62,504 nucleotides of DNA from a virus. Taxonomy: Duplodnaviria > Caudoviricetes. Under the pieces are notes generated by a model. The model was not told the DNA's origin, did not search any database, and saw nothing but the letters and a program-made list of their open reading frames with translations. This document shows, piece after piece, positions 16,599 through 23,750 of this stretch (within the stretch, counting starts at the first letter, position 1; each line of letters starts with the position of its first letter). The stretch covers positions 1 to 62,504 of the IMG/VR virus record IMGVR_UViG_3300021437_000019. The stretch is one strand, 5' to 3'. Made by a program: the position numbers and the translations under genes.

Positions 16599-17834
16599 CT
16601 AGAAGGGGATGTCCTCGTCCGTAGCAACATAACCATCGTCATCGCCTGGCTCGCGGCGCTGAATCACCGGCTGGCCCTGCTCGTCCCACTGATACACACC
16701 AATCCGCCGAGCGCCTTCGATGTAGTGCATCGTTTCCGCGCCCTTCTGCTTGCTGTCCACGACGAACTCGCAGAACTGGCCATTCGAGGCCACGATCAAA
16801 TCAAGGATGTTTTTCGGACCATCCTTCGTCTCGACTTCCTTGTTGTGGTAGCAGAAGAGGAAGAAGCCGTTCTGGACCACCTTCGCGTAAGGCTTGCCGC
16901 CACCTTTGCCATCCTTCGCCCTAGTCGTGTTCTTGTACGCCTCACTGATGATTCCCTTGCCGATGGGCAGTTCTCCCGTGGGCTTGGTCTTCTTTTCTCC
17001 TGAGGGGATCTGCGCCCTCGGAACCGCGGAGGGGGCACTGGCCGCTGCGGCCGTTGGGGGCTTCTGCTCTGGAGGAACCTGTGGTTTCTGGCTGGTGCCC
17101 TGCGGAGCCTGTTTGTCGCCGCCGAACTTCACGCGGTCCTTCACTTCGTCAAATTTGAAGCCGACGCCAGCGAGTTCTTTCCTGGATGGCTTGAGCCCCG
17201 CATCCTCGACAACGTGATTCCAGAGGTTCGTGATTGCGGCCTGCTTGATGGATGGAATGTCTACTTCGGAGAGCGGCAGGTAGTAGGTCGTTTTTTCCCA
17301 CCGCGCGCGCCCTTGAGTGCATTTCGCCCTACAGAGTGGCGTGTCATTCTTCCACTCAATGTCGGCGCCACAATTCTCGCAAGCGTACTTCGTGCGCTTC
17401 GCAAAGAAGTCATCGTACGTCGAGCGATTCCCCATTGTCCGGTAGTAGCGGCCGTCCGGGGTCAGCCAGGTCGCCCAAACCTCGAAGTCGATGTACGGCC
17501 CCTCGACACCCTCGTACCGTTTTTCGAGAATCCCTGTGTCCGGCTGGACCGTGATGCCTGCCCATGAGAGAACTTGCTTACAGGCGTGCTTTGTAAGATG
17601 GATGGTTTCTTTGTCACCATCCCCATAGATCGCCACGTCAGAGGGCTCAAGGTTCACCGCGATCAATTTCAGGATGCCTTTCCGGAACGCAACCTGTTTT
17701 TCGGCCTTGGCGAGTTTTTGCTCAACCGTCTCGTCGGCAAAGACTCCGAGCGCAGCCGGCGGCGCGCTAATGATTGCCTGAGTTGGCTCTGGCGCCCCAT
17801 GTCCGTTCGCCTTCCCTTCGTTTACTTCGCCCAT
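16599..17834 (-). CDS. Putative single-strand annealing / recombination protein
   Basis: AAGGAGG SD before MGEVNEG; zinc-ribbon insert; acidic DEDIPF tail; adjacent to the exonuclease. Confidence 0.6.
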   Translation of the reverse strand: MGEVNEGKANGHGAPEPTQAIISAPPAALGVFADETVEQKLAKAEKQVAFRKGILKLIAVNLEPSDVAIYGDGDKETIHLTKHACKQVLSWAGITVQPDTGILEKRYEGVEGPYIDFEVWATWLTPDGRYYRTMGNRSTYDDFFAKRTKYACENCGADIEWKNDTPLCRAKCTQGRARWEKTTYYLPLSEVDIPSIKQAAITNLWNHVVEDAGLKPSRKELAGVGFKFDEVKDRVKFGGDKQAPQGTSQKPQVPPEQKPPTAAAASAPSAVPRAQIPSGEKKTKPTGELPIGKGIISEAYKNTTRAKDGKGGGKPYAKVVQNGFFLFCYHNKEVETKDGPKNILDLIVASNGQFCEFVVDSKQKGAETMHYIEGARRIGVYQWDEQGQPVIQRREPGDDDGYVATDEDIPF

Positions 17835-17845
17835 AACCCCTCCTT

Positions 17846-18697
17846 TCACTTCACTGTCGTAAGTCGCCCGTTTTTCACGAAATACCAAGTGTCGGCCTTG
17901 ATTCCCTTTTCTCCAACGTGCCCGACCAGAATTCGCGGGTGGTTGCCTTCGCCCAAATACGCGATGGCAAACGCACCGTTGGGACCGACTTTTACTTTGC
18001 CACCAATTCCAGCCACCATTGCAATTGTGTTTTCTCCTTGCGCTTCCGCAGTGCTGTAGCTCCCCGAGGACGCGCTCTTGCTGGAGCTCCCCGAGGACGC
18101 GCTCGTGCTGTAGTCCCCCGAGGACGCGCTCGTGCTGTAGTCCCCCGAGGACGCGCTCTTGCTGGAGCTCCCCGAGGACGCGCTCGTGCTGCAGTCCCCC
18201 GAGGACGCGCTCGTGCTGTAGCTCCCCGAGGACGCGCTCTTGCTGGAGCTCCCCGAGGACGCGCTCGTGCTGGAGCTCCCCGAGGACGCGCTCTTGCTGG
18301 AGCTCCCCGAGGACGCGCTCGTGCTGTAGTCCCCCGAGGACTTTTCTTTCGCCTGTTCGCACAACCACTTAAACCGAATCTGGGAGCACAGCACATTCGT
18401 GATCGCGCGCCCCATATCTCCGGCGAAAATAACTTTGCCCTTGTGGAACTTCACTTTTTGCTCGTCAATTTTCACTAGATCGGTTTCTTCTACTTCAACG
18501 ACTTGCCAGATGGTGTCCGGATTATCGCGAAGCAATGACCAATCGCCATCACCCCATAGCAAGCCGTGCAGGCCACCGCCGCATTCCGGCTTAGGATTCC
18601 AATCCGGCGCCTCAACTGGGCCGGATTTCGGCCAAATAAATCCTTTGTACGAAGTCATGTCGGAGTTGCAGTTACGAAGAATTAAAACCTTCCCCAT
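17846..18697 (-). CDS. Phage protein with 9-aa Ser/Gly repeats (DUF7666-like)
   Basis: SYKGFIWP..G.VEAPDW.P..ECGGGLHG N-terminus, (SSGDYSTSA)n, GIKADTWY C-terminus. Confidence 0.8.
   Translation of the reverse strand: MGKVLILRNCNSDMTSYKGFIWPKSGPVEAPDWNPKPECGGGLHGLLWGDGDWSLLRDNPDTIWQVVEVEETDLVKIDEQKVKFHKGKVIFAGDMGRAITNVLCSQIRFKWLCEQAKEKSSGDYSTSASSGSSSKSASSGSSSTSASSGSSSKSASSGSYSTSASSGDCSTSASSGSSSKSASSGDYSTSASSGDYSTSASSGSSSKSASSGSYSTAEAQGENTIAMVAGIGGKVKVGPNGAFAIAYLGEGNHPRILVGHVGEKGIKADTWYFVKNGRLTTVK
18051..18341. repeat. 27-bp tandem repeat, about 11 units
   Basis: CCCCGAGGAC recurs every 27 bp from 18062 to 18332. Confidence 0.95.
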
Positions 18698-18710
18698 TGC
18701 CAATCCCCTT

Positions 18711-18723
18711 TCTAAACCTTAAA
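18711..18723. promoter_or_regulatory. Palindrome copy (2 mismatches)
   Basis: TCTAAACCTTAAA followed by CTT; immediately 5' of the SD of ORF 18697. Confidence 0.55.
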
Positions 18724-18731
18724 CTTCCGCC

Positions 18732-19040
18732 CTACTGCAAGAGCCGATGAATTACTGGATAAATCCAGGCGATCACGAAACCCCAAATTGCACCACTGAT
18801 CCCCAGGATCGCCGCCCAAACGCCAACTTTCACGATGCCGGAGCACTCGCGCCCGTAGTCAGATGTCTCCAACTCATCGGCTGACATTTGCTCGTACCAG
18901 CGAGGGAATTCATCCGATGGCACGCCGCTGAATGAACTTACGTGCCCGTCCTTCTGCGCCGCTTCGTTCATGGGCCAATCCTCGTGCGGCTGGATGAAGT
19001 CCTGATAATCATTCGTGCGCGACGTGCTCTCTTTCGCCAT
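18732..19040 (-). CDS. Hypothetical membrane protein
   Basis: C-terminal TM segment. Confidence 0.6.
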   Translation of the reverse strand: MAKESTSRTNDYQDFIQPHEDWPMNEAAQKDGHVSSFSGVPSDEFPRWYEQMSADELETSDYGRECSGIVKVGVWAAILGISGAIWGFVIAWIYPVIHRLLQ

Positions 19041-19041
19041 G

Positions 19042-19275
19042 TCATGCCCCCTTCACGAGAAATAGCTTGAAACCTTCGCGAGCCCGCCGCGCCCACCGTT
19101 CGGCTTCCTGTCGGCGCTCCATTGCCCACGCCGCGCGCGACCACTCAATTTCTATTGGTGTCCAGTTGAAGCAGTCCGGGCATTCCAGTCCCATCCGGCC
19201 ATTCGGCCCGCGGCGAAGTAACTGCCGCGTCGCGTGCGGACAAAAACCAAAGAACAACTTGACCCATGCCCACAT
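19042..19275 (-). CDS. Hypothetical zinc-binding protein
   Basis: GGAGG SD; CPH...CPDC. Confidence 0.6.
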   Translation of the reverse strand: MWAWVKLFFGFCPHATRQLLRRGPNGRMGLECPDCFNWTPIEIEWSRAAWAMERRQEAERWARRAREGFKLFLVKGA

Positions 19276-19284
19276 GAGGGCCTC

Positions 19285-19383
19285 CTAGCGACTGAACATC
19301 ACAAGCGCGAAACACAAACCGACGGCGATCACGAACGCCGCGCCCACGATGAATCCGTGCAGAAACTCAGTGCCGCGTCTCAT
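19285..19383 (-). CDS. Small TM protein (32 aa)
   Basis: MRRGTEFLHGFIVGAAFVIAVGLCFALVMFSR*; ATGA overlap. Confidence 0.5.
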   Translation of the reverse strand: MRRGTEFLHGFIVGAAFVIAVGLCFALVMFSR

Positions 19384-19673
19384 GCCGAAGCCCCTCTCTT
19401 CCCGACCACCCTCTTGGGTTCCGGTACGTCTGGCTTACCCGGTACACTTGGTCCCTGAATCCCATTACGGGGATTACTCCGTACCCGCTGGACGGCTTCC
19501 AGGTTCCACTCGATAATCCCCTGGTCAATGAGGTCGTATGCGTAGCGAATCAATTCCCGGCCTACGGCGCTGCGCCCCTCGCAGAAAGGGGCGAATCGTT
19601 GAACGTCCCGGTCCATACGTTCCACGATCTCAGGGTCCAGCTTCATCGGTACTTGGATTTTCCATTCGCCCAC
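19380..19673 (-). CDS. Ribbon-helix-helix-like DNA-binding protein
   Basis: IQVPMKLDPEIVERMD...GRSAVGRELIRY. Confidence 0.6.
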   Translation of the reverse strand: MGEWKIQVPMKLDPEIVERMDRDVQRFAPFCEGRSAVGRELIRYAYDLIDQGIIEWNLEAVQRVRSNPRNGIQGPSVPGKPDVPEPKRVVGKRGASA

Positions 19674-19703
19674 GCCTCATCCCCATGACGACAATTACAT
19701 CGT

Positions 19704-19719
19704 TAGTACGTTGGTACTA
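19704..19719. promoter_or_regulatory. Inverted repeat, candidate operator
   Basis: TAGTAC-GTTG-GTACTA between divergent genes; further GTAC at 19736 and 19752. Confidence 0.4.
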
Positions 19720-19790
19720 TTGCCTTACCCGCCCCGTACTGGAACCCTTGTGTACGAACACAACAAATTGAACTTTCAGGAAAGGACAAA

Positions 19791-20057
19791 ATGGGCAGTC
19801 CCGCCCTTCCCACGCTCGAATATCTGTTTGAATGCTCTGACCAGTCCCTACACGACCTGGAGCTGGCCGCGCTGGACCGATCCGCACAATGTCTCAGGAA
19901 AGCCAAGGAGGAATGGATGGAGGGCGCGGCGCAGCGCGAATCCGCAGGAGTGGCCAGATGGCTGATTACCAACCGCGCCGGGATTCTGGAAATGGCCCGG
20001 CGAACCGTGGACGCACAAACAGCAATACCGTTCCCGCAGGCGCGGAGGCGCGCATAG
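19791..20057 (+). CDS. Hypothetical helical protein
   Basis: AAAGGA SD; fills the gap between minus-strand genes. Confidence 0.65.
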   Translation: MGSPALPTLEYLFECSDQSLHDLELAALDRSAQCLRKAKEEWMEGAAQRESAGVARWLITNRAGILEMARRTVDAQTAIPFPQARRRA

Positions 20058-20122
20058 CCACGTTCTGTTAACCGAGATATATGGATGGGTTTATTGCTTG
20101 CCGCCAGTAAGTTGTTCTGATT

Positions 20123-20150
20123 AAAGTAGTTAATATACCTTATGGGACGC
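20123..20150 (-). other. dif-like (XerC/XerD) site with degenerate XerD arm
   Basis: GCGTCCCATAA-GGTATA-TTAACTACTTT versus E. coli dif GGTGCGCATAA-TGTATA-TTATGTTAAAT; AT-rich gap between convergent genes. Confidence 0.45.
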
Positions 20151-20183
20151 GATGTGGCGGATTGAGGGAAGGAATTCATTGTG

Positions 20184-20345
20184 CTAGGCTGCCTGTTCCT
20201 TGGATTGCCGTGACCTGAGGGCCTCGGTGACCAAGAATGCGACGGTTTGGGAAATGGTGCGCTGTTCGCGTTGAGCAAGTTCGCGTACTTGCTGCTTCGT
20301 TTTGGCATCGACCCGCGTCGAGAGGTACTGTTTCTTCGTTGCCAT
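20184..20345 (-). CDS. Arc/CopG-like ribbon-helix-helix regulator
   Basis: YLSTRVDAKTKQQVRELAQREQRTISQTVAFLVTEAL. Confidence 0.8.
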   Translation of the reverse strand: MATKKQYLSTRVDAKTKQQVRELAQREQRTISQTVAFLVTEALRSRQSKEQAA

Positions 20346-20351
20346 GGGCCA

Positions 20352-20381
20352 AAGGTACACGAAAAGAAAAAAACGCGTCAA
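20352..20381 (-). promoter_or_regulatory. Sigma70-like promoter, probably giving a leaderless mRNA
   Basis: TTGACG-18 bp-TACCTT; ATG begins at the 7th nt after the -10; no SD. Confidence 0.55.
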
Positions 20382-20419
20382 GAGGTATTTTCAATTATTT
20401 TCCACAGGAGAAACCCGGC

Positions 20420-20722
20420 ATGTTGAAAAGTCAGAAACACAAGCCCCGGCGCACGATGATGGTCTTCTCCTGGTCGCCGGCGTGGCTCAAGGCATTCCGC
20501 CTGCTGGCGGATCGCTTCCCTGTCAGTATTGGCAGGAAGAACGGTGCCGCACTCGCGCGTGCCATCTTGGAACAGTGGGCGTTCTCCGTGCTGGACTTAC
20601 AGGAAGCAGTCAAACTCGGCCTTGTGAGCCCCTGGGACGCCAAAGAGGGGCAATACCCGCGGCCCTCCCTGCTCCGGTTGGCGCTCTCAAAACACGACGG
20701 TCGCAAACGGTCTAAAGTTTAG
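20420..20722 (+). CDS. Divergent regulator-like protein (possible RHH repressor)
   Basis: AGGAG SD; strand MMVFSW followed by two helices; head-to-head with the Arc-like gene. Confidence 0.55.
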   Translation: MLKSQKHKPRRTMMVFSWSPAWLKAFRLLADRFPVSIGRKNGAALARAILEQWAFSVLDLQEAVKLGLVSPWDAKEGQYPRPSLLRLALSKHDGRKRSKV

Positions 20723-20724
20723 AC
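20710..20724. promoter_or_regulatory. Palindrome copy, perfect 15 bp
   Basis: GTCTAAAGTTTAGAC; carries the stop codons of both convergent genes. Confidence 0.72.
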
Positions 20725-20919
20725 AAACTCCAAAACTTCTTGCGCGAGGCGCCGTTTGGCGATTTCGATGTATGCCGGATTCAGTTCGAGGCCCACGGCG
20801 TTGCATTGGAGGTTTCGCGCTACCAGGGCTGTGGTGCCGCTACCCATGAAATGGTCGAGCACCGTCCCGCCTGCCGGACACCCGGCCAAGATGCACGGCT
20901 TGATGAGTGTGGTAATCAT
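20719..20919 (-). pseudogene. C-terminal remnant of an N4/N6 DNA methyltransferase
   Basis: LIKPCILAGCP.GGTVLDHFMGSGTT..GLELNPAY; catalytic PPY half absent. Confidence 0.75.
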
Positions 20920-21159
20920 TTAGACCGAAGCTTGCGCCTCGCCGGGAGGCTTGTCTGCGCAGACAACGGCATTCCTGACGACGGCCTGACCGCATCTTGG
21001 GCAGCGTTTACCGGGTTGCTTGGCGCGTTGGAGTTGCTTCTTTCCGAGATTGTCGGCGTTCAAGCAAGGGCGCGAACAGAAGTGTTTACGGAAGGAAGGC
21101 GAGCCGTCGGAGTTAAGGAGGGGCTGGCCGCAGCCAGCACGGTTACAGACACGTGACAT
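20920..21159 (-). CDS. Zinc-finger protein
   Basis: CNRAGC..FCSRPC..CPRC. Confidence 0.6.
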   Translation of the reverse strand: MSRVCNRAGCGQPLLNSDGSPSFRKHFCSRPCLNADNLGKKQLQRAKQPGKRCPRCGQAVVRNAVVCADKPPGEAQASV

Positions 21160-21195
21160 ACGTTTCGTTATACCTCAAGCACTACCATTGGTCAA

Positions 21196-22230
21196 TCACC
21201 AAGTTCTATATTTGTCGTTCTTTTCGTAGAATCCGCGATCAAAGAAGCCGAGGAACTCAACGCGGAAACGGTTGATCTCGCCGCTGTCGGCCTGATGGAA
21301 GTCGATAATCGTGCCGCCAACGTCCACACGAATCTTCTGGCGGCGCAAAAATGCTGTCTGGTCGCACGTGCAGGCCGTCTGGACCGTGTAAACCTCGCGC
21401 GGATACCCCTGGTCAAATTTGTGGTAATGCCCAATCAGCATGAACCGTGGCTTCTCGCCGCCCTGCAGCGCTTCCACAATCTTCTGCTCGGTGTAGCTTG
21501 TCGCGTATGCTGAACCGCCGCCCGGGTGCATTAAGCGCCCCCAAGACATCCCGTTCTTGGCCTTAAAGTGGATGTCGCGCTCAAGGTGCCCAATCCACTT
21601 CAAATCATGGCGGCCGGCTTTTTCCGCGCTTTGCTGCATCCGCTCGCCAACGTTGATGGCCTCGCGCTGGACCCACCACCCTTCATGGTCTTCACCAGTG
21701 ATGAACCATGTTTCGATTCCCTTCCGTTCCGGGTACTCATTCACGAGGTATTCGATTTGAGGTTCAAACCCGCTCCGGACAAGGAGCTCGTGACGGTTGA
21801 AACGGAACTCTCCGTCCACGATATTGCCGGTATGGAACACGCGCGTGATGCCCTCGCGCTCGTAAATATCGTAGAGGGAATTGAGAACGTCCAGCCGGGC
21901 ATGGCGGTTACAAAGGTGGGAATCCCCGAGTGCTCCAAACTTATACCGCTTGCCATCGAAGAAGTCTTTGGAATTGACGACGAGTGGAGGGGCCGAGGGG
22001 ATTTCGCAGGAGAGGAAGACTTCTCCGTCTTTCAGGCTCACGTTGTAGCCATCCAGTTTCAGCTTTTCGATGATCGCTTCGGCCTTGGAAGGCGAACAAT
22101 CAAGGCCATTGGCAAACTCAACCAGCGTGACATTCCGGCGCCGAAGGAGTTTCTTGGCTTTCTTTTCCTGTGCGGCCGCTTCGGTAACCGTGGCGCTCTT
22201 CGCGGCCTTCAATAGCTGGTCTGCCTTCAT
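21196..22230 (-). CDS. Calcineurin-like metallophosphoesterase with N-terminal HTH
   Basis: GDSH, HTGNIVDG, GEDHE, GHYH. Confidence 0.85.
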   Translation of the reverse strand: MKADQLLKAAKSATVTEAAAQEKKAKKLLRRRNVTLVEFANGLDCSPSKAEAIIEKLKLDGYNVSLKDGEVFLSCEIPSAPPLVVNSKDFFDGKRYKFGALGDSHLCNRHARLDVLNSLYDIYEREGITRVFHTGNIVDGEFRFNRHELLVRSGFEPQIEYLVNEYPERKGIETWFITGEDHEGWWVQREAINVGERMQQSAEKAGRHDLKWIGHLERDIHFKAKNGMSWGRLMHPGGGSAYATSYTEQKIVEALQGGEKPRFMLIGHYHKFDQGYPREVYTVQTACTCDQTAFLRRQKIRVDVGGTIIDFHQADSGEINRFRVEFLGFFDRGFYEKNDKYRTW

Positions 22231-22511
22231 GCCAGGATCTCCTTGTGCTTGCGAAGTTCGCGGATGGTCTTCGGATTGCCCCACACGATTGCGGGCGATG
22301 GAAAGCGAACGATGGCGCGGTATTCGGCGAGTGCTGGGTTGGTCTTATATTGGTTGAATGAGCCAACCGTATAGCCCGTTCTTTGTGCGGCCTCCGACGT
22401 GTTGAGCAGGTCGCCGTCGGGCAACTTCGAGAGAACTTCCACGATCCGCAGGGCGGCGCGGCAGATGGGAACAGCTTCAAACACCTTACCGTTCAGGCGG
22501 AAGCCTTTCAC
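22227..22511 (-). CDS. Hypothetical HTH-like protein
   Basis: LLNTSEAAQRTGY; coupled at both ends. Confidence 0.55.
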   Translation of the reverse strand: MKGFRLNGKVFEAVPICRAALRIVEVLSKLPDGDLLNTSEAAQRTGYTVGSFNQYKTNPALAEYRAIVRFPSPAIVWGNPKTIRELRKHKEILA

Positions 22512-22741
22512 GTTCGTACCTCCGTAACCATGTGGCGGCCGCCGGGATGTGTGTTCACCGTACCACCGCCGCGCTCGATAATTGCTTTCTTGAGGTACAT
22601 CACAAGATCCAACGCCTCTTCGTATGCCTCCACGATGGAATCCCTGCCGTCGTGCGGCTGCATGGGGCCACCGTAGGACTGCCTGCCAAGTTCGTTCCTC
22701 GCATCTAAGTCCCTCTTCACCTCATCGAAGATGTCCACCAT
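22508..22741 (-). CDS. Small all-alpha NTP pyrophosphatase-like protein
   Basis: R..LGRQSYG...GRD..EAYEEALDLVMYL. Confidence 0.55.
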   Translation of the reverse strand: MVDIFDEVKRDLDARNELGRQSYGGPMQPHDGRDSIVEAYEEALDLVMYLKKAIIERGGGTVNTHPGGRHMVTEVRT

Positions 22742-22746
22742 TCCCC

Positions 22747-23178
22747 CTAAGAGTAGTTTTTGATCCTGGCCAACACCTCGGCCGGGTAGTTCGAATTCCC
22801 GCCGCCGTTCCAGGCAAGCAGCGCCTTCGTGAAGTCGCCGCCGAACGCGGCGAGTTTAACTTTTAGATGGGTGCAACCCCACACCAGCCCAAATGTCGGG
22901 TCGCAAAGTTGCGGAATGTCGCCGGTGTAGCCATGCTCGCACGCGCTCTGCCCCATAAGCTGCATAAGGCCCCAACTGATCGACCGCGCCCACTCTTCGG
23001 TTGGCGTTTTGTGAAGCGGCTGAACGTACTTCGCATCGAACGCGGGCTCTGCGCGGATCGCCCATGTATTCCACCCGCTCTCTTGCTCGACAACCGCGCA
23101 TACAAGAATGGGATCTATGCCGAATTGCGTGGCGATGCTCTTCGCCAGCGCGATCAACTCATCCTTCGTCAACGTCAC
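22747..23178 (-). CDS. SLT-family lytic transglycosylase (endolysin)
   Basis: AVVEQESGWN, SWGLMQL, ALLAWNGG..Y...V. Confidence 0.9.
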   Translation of the reverse strand: MTLTKDELIALAKSIATQFGIDPILVCAVVEQESGWNTWAIRAEPAFDAKYVQPLHKTPTEEWARSISWGLMQLMGQSACEHGYTGDIPQLCDPTFGLVWGCTHLKVKLAAFGGDFTKALLAWNGGGNSNYPAEVLARIKNYS

Positions 23179-23425
23179 GTCTCGGCCCCCACGACCTTCC
23201 GTTAAGGTCTACGAATTGTACGAGCGGCGGTTCTTTCAGTTCGATTCCCTGGGCCTCCGCGAGTTGGCGAAGTGCGCCGTACAGATGTGGCAGGTGATTT
23301 GTGGCCATATCGCGTACGAAGGCGCGGTTAATTTCGTCGTTCCTGGCCCTGCGGTACAACCAGCGCACGAAAAGCACAAACTGCACACACACCACAACCA
23401 ACGCAGTGACCCATCCGGGATTCAT
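23159..23425 (-). CDS. Holin-like membrane protein
   Basis: N-terminal TM, MATNHLPH motif; directly upstream of the endolysin. Confidence 0.45.
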   Translation of the reverse strand: MNPGWVTALVVVCVQFVLFVRWLYRRARNDEINRAFVRDMATNHLPHLYGALRQLAEAQGIELKEPPLVQFVDLNGRSWGPRRDVDEG

Positions 23426-23453
23426 GCAAGTCTCCTGAAATTATCGAATTGAA

Positions 23454-23735
23454 TTACTCAAACACAGGGAATCGGCGCGGGCCACCACCAAGGATGGGGC
23501 CAGCATCACCATCATCGCCAAACGGGAACCTGAACCGCGGGTTGGGCATCGGCGGCTCCGGCAAGCCTGGCATCGGCGGTTGCGGTGGCAATTCCGGTTT
23601 TGGGAAACTCGCCGGATTGCCCGCGTCAAAGTTCTGCGGCGCGCCGCCTTGATAGGTGATCGGCGCCTGAAAATTGCCACCACTCCCAAGCGGCTGCGCG
23701 CCGCCGAACAGTTTTGGTTGTGTTCCCGAGCACAT
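23454..23735 (-). CDS. Pro/Gly-rich small protein with Met-Cys start
   Basis: GGGAG SD, MCSGTQP. Confidence 0.55.
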   Translation of the reverse strand: MCSGTQPKLFGGAQPLGSGGNFQAPITYQGGAPQNFDAGNPASFPKPELPPQPPMPGLPEPPMPNPRFRFPFGDDGDAGPILGGGPRRFPVFE

Positions 23736-23750
23736 GAAGTCTCCCTAAAA

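Noticed and set aside
18051-18341. CRISPR array
   Set aside because: Units are contiguous 27-mers with no unique spacers, in frame within a gene; no cas operon.
17835-18368. 589-aa ORF with GELQHERVL repeats
   Set aside because: An alternative reading of the 27-bp repeat; the strong SD marks the start at 17834.
22855-22867. Extra palindrome copy TTTAACTTTTAGA
   Set aside because: Two arm mismatches, intragenic, lacks the CTT flank; could be chance.
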